Assembly (NCBI GenBank): GCA_002269645.1
Contig: NIVC01001985.1
Span: 36,517-100,516, forward strand
Direction of reading: 5' to 3'
Length of the DNA stretch: 64,000 bases
DNA from: Macrostomum lignano
Taxonomy: Eukaryota
Below the pieces are notes generated by a model that saw only the letters and a list, made by a program, of their open reading frames with translations, had not been told where the DNA came from and ran no database searches. Both the position numbers and the translations under genes were made by a program. The number at the start of each line of letters is the position of its first letter. Within the stretch, counting starts at the first letter, position 1. Below, piece after piece: positions 60,900 through 64,000 of this stretch.

Positions 60900-62585
60900 G
60901 GGTTATTCCATGATAGGGTCATCAAAGGTATAGAAATTTTTTTAAAAATTATTTGCAAATGTGAATATTTCATTTTGCATATAATTATGTATAGTTTCAT
61001 TTTTATGTAGTTTCATACACATTTATCTACCTCTAGGTATATATATTTTGTTTTGATCATGGTACCTTTGCAAGATTTTAAATGTCCCGCGGGACATTAT
61101 AAAAAGTTTAATCTAGTTTTCAATAAGAAAAAAAGTTAATAAACATAATGCATCAAGTGCATAAATAATAAAAATCTTTCTTTCTTATATCTAAAGACTG
61201 AAATTATAAAATTCTATGATCTAATATAGTTCTATCTATCATAATTTTTTATTTCAAAAAGTTTGACTTCCCTTTTTTAAGTGTTAAAAACGACCATCAT
61301 TTTTTTTACAAAAAGTTGTTGTACTAATTTTCAAGAGGTTTATAAGTTGATAATTTTTTGCTAAAATATTTTCTGAGCCTATATTTAAGTTTATAGTCAT
61401 TTTTGTTAGTTTATGATAAGTGTAACATGCTAAAAAAACCCTGCAAAGTTACCTAACGACCATCATTTTCTGGTATTCTGAAATTTGTTGATCTTCATAA
61501 AACCTGAATTACTATCATTTATTCCTAAATTTTATACAAAAAACTGAATTTACTGATATTCTAAAATCATGTCTTTTTTAATGTGAATTACTTATTCAAT
61601 TTCTCTTTCAAAGTTTTTACAGTTTTGATTGTAAAGAAAAATATAGTGGAATTCAAGTCTTTTATTAAAAATGTATACTTTCAATTACTTGTTTGATACC
61701 TTAAAATCATTTTCAACCTGCACTATTAAAAAGGTTGTTCCAATTACTAACCATGCACCTAAAACTCTCCACTTTAGTTTGCAATGCACCTTAACACATG
61801 CCCCAATCTTCAGCATAAGTAGTCTAACTAGACTCAAGTTTTTACTATCCTTTGGTGCTACTGCTTATTGCCTAACAAATAATCTGTATTTGCCTTTGGT
61901 TTTATTAATTGTTATATTCTATTCTTTGAATTCTTGAATAGATTAGGACTGTCCATCTTTATGATCATATGTTGAGTTGTGCAATCATGAAGTGATGTTT
62001 TTGTTGAAGGTGCATAAGTACATTTGATCTGAAATGTGAAACAGGTATAATAAATTTTATGGTTAGACAAGCAAGTTATAGTTTTTATATGAACAACTAT
62101 GGATTATAAACAATCTTTTAACCAAGATTGTATCTAAAAATAAAGAATCCTAATACACTTTTTAAAACTGAAGGTCGTTTTTTTGAAACAAACGACCGTC
62201 AGTCAACGACCGTCATTTAAGAAAAAATGTGCAACACAGTTAAAGTTATCTACTAAAATGTAATAATTGTTTGTAACCATTCATCTAGCTATTGTTTACT
62301 ACAATTAATGATCAATTGAGACACAAGCTTGCCTGATTCGCAGGAATCTTAAACTTAAGTTATAAAGTTGGATACATAAACTTTCACCAAAAACGACCGT
62401 CATCAAAAGTTTCTCTCTGCTAAATCAACACAGTAAGACAAATGACTTTAAAATTTATCTCATCTTAATCTAGAGGTCACGCCCATAAATATAGAACTCA
62501 CAAAGTCTCAATTTAGTTTGTCTTTTGTATGATTACTGATTATTATTTGCTCCAACCCAACGACCGTCATCTCGTGGAATTACCC
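60900..62585. mobile_element. Non-autonomous DNA transposon with GGG termini and 4-bp TSD (Sola2-like)
   Basis: Left GGGTTATTCCATGA, right (reverse complement) GGGTAATTCCACGA, 12/14 identical. TSD AGTA at 60896-60899 and 62586-62589. Seven internal AACGACCNTCA motifs. Sola2 assignment rests on the known GRG termini and 4-bp TSD. Confidence 0.75.
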
Positions 62586-63324
62586 AGTAAGCAAAAATTG
62601 CTTAATTGCCTGAATGCTTAATAGTAATCTTGAAACATAAAAATTAGTTGCTTTTTTGCTTTTTAAATTGCACATCACTTGATGGCAGCAACTTGCAGTC
62701 TCCGCATCTTTTTGCAATACAAGTGATGCAACCATAAGCAAACAAATGTTTTGAAGATACTACAATATGCTTTATCAGAGTGTGAACTACATGTTGGAAA
62801 GTGGATTTCTTTAGAAAAAAGCTTTTTGATGATCAGTGCAGCTACTTTTAGATGTAAAATGTTGGTCTTAACTTGCACCACAAAGAAAGCTTCCATTTTG
62901 GAAAATGCTTTAAGGGTTGCAACTGATAGTTGCATCAATCTGCTAATTGTCTGTAAGTGCAGCTTGTTCTTTAAATGCACACCTAAAGGCCAGCGCCAGT
63001 CAGCAGCTCTTTGCATGCACAATAGTTGAGGACACAGCTGCTCTTGAGCACAAAGCTGCCTACATACTCGGTGGCTTCAGCAAGAATTAGATCTGTATTA
63101 GATGCAGGCTGCAATGCTTTCAATTGGACCCTGGTTGTTAAAGAGCCAGTTTAAGATACACAGCTGACATTTGCTGAAGCAGACTCAATAGAAATAGACT
63201 CAATAGAAGCAGACTCAACAGAAGCAGACTTGAGACCAATTGTAACAGCAGCTGGTGCATCCCTCATCTTCACAATTCCATGCTGCAGAATCAAGGCAAT
63301 TGAGTCTATTTGCTGTCACGGATT

Positions 63325-63583
63325 TAGTGGCATAGCCAGGAATTTCAATTGGAGAGGGCCAAGTTGGCCTGGCTGGCCATGCCTTATCCCATTGCCACTT
63401 TTAGTGCCATAGGCACTCATTTTGACACTGCAGGCACTCACTTTGGCACTTTGGCACTGATTTTAGTGCTGCAAGCATTCAATTACCTCATGGTTTTTGG
63501 TACCTGCCACACCCAACCTTACCCTCATCTCACCTAGGCGATTGGGGGGGGGGTGCTTCCCCAGCCCCCTGGCTATGCCATTG
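63325..63583. mobile_element. hAT-type MITE (CAGTGGCGTAGCC family), CpG-eroded
   Basis: Left TAGTGGCATAGCCAGG, right (reverse complement) CAATGGCATAGCCAGG. Flanks CACGGATT and CATGGATC form a 6/8 TSD. Confidence 0.7.
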
Positions 63584-64000
63584 CATGGATCTCAATGCTC
63601 CAATAAATGCTGTAAATTTGGGCTTCTCATAAAAACATTTCAGCCTCTGATGATGCTAAAGAGGTTTTGGAATGCATTGATATATAATACAATGCAAGTG
63701 ATTATATTCCAATGTGATTAATAGCCATTATTACTCATATTGATTTATATGCTCACTCACTTCTATATGATCTTGAATCAGCCTGCAAGTACAGATGAAG
63801 TCAAAGCCTTTATCATTGATCAGCACAGTTGACAGCTTGCATATTGCTATGGCTGAAAGGCACCAGGCCTCTTGAAACTTCATCTTGGACTTTTGTGCTT
63901 TGCCATTCCTAGGGAAAAACCCCAAGCTCTCCAGAAAGTCTTCAGCCTTGTGCAGCTCACTTATTTGGGCAGCAAGTGACTTAATAGGAGATTGGTTTCT

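Overview
Eukaryotic (animal) genomic DNA: GC-rich, intron-containing genes separated by AT-rich spacers packed with micro/minisatellites, MITEs and SINEs. The style suggests a free-living flatworm such as Macrostomum, but that is inference only. Genes reconstructed by hand with GT-AG phases checked: RPL24 (5' part), a PMF1/Nnf1-like kinetochore gene, FoxJ2/3, an 8-exon TRPC channel (1039 aa), an SLC22-type transporter, an orphan secreted 128-aa twin-CxxxC protein, a 9-exon ankyrin-repeat protein (911 aa) with a duplicated N-terminal module, an achatin-like neuropeptide precursor (17x GFIN, 1x GLIN, 1x GFFD plus a Cys-looped C-terminal peptide) and a secreted stand-alone AMOP-domain protein. 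Mobile DNA includes two CORE-like tRNA SINEs, several hAT-type MITEs with 8-bp TSDs, a GG-ended MITE, a Sola2-like element with a 4-bp TSD, an internally deleted mariner and a foldback-like element carrying a decayed coiled-coil/BEN-like ORF. The three leftmost genes all carry 1-bp frameshifts, and several kb-scale repeat-derived blocks are completely CpG-free. The top candidate novel system is the achatin-variant (GFIN) precursor.
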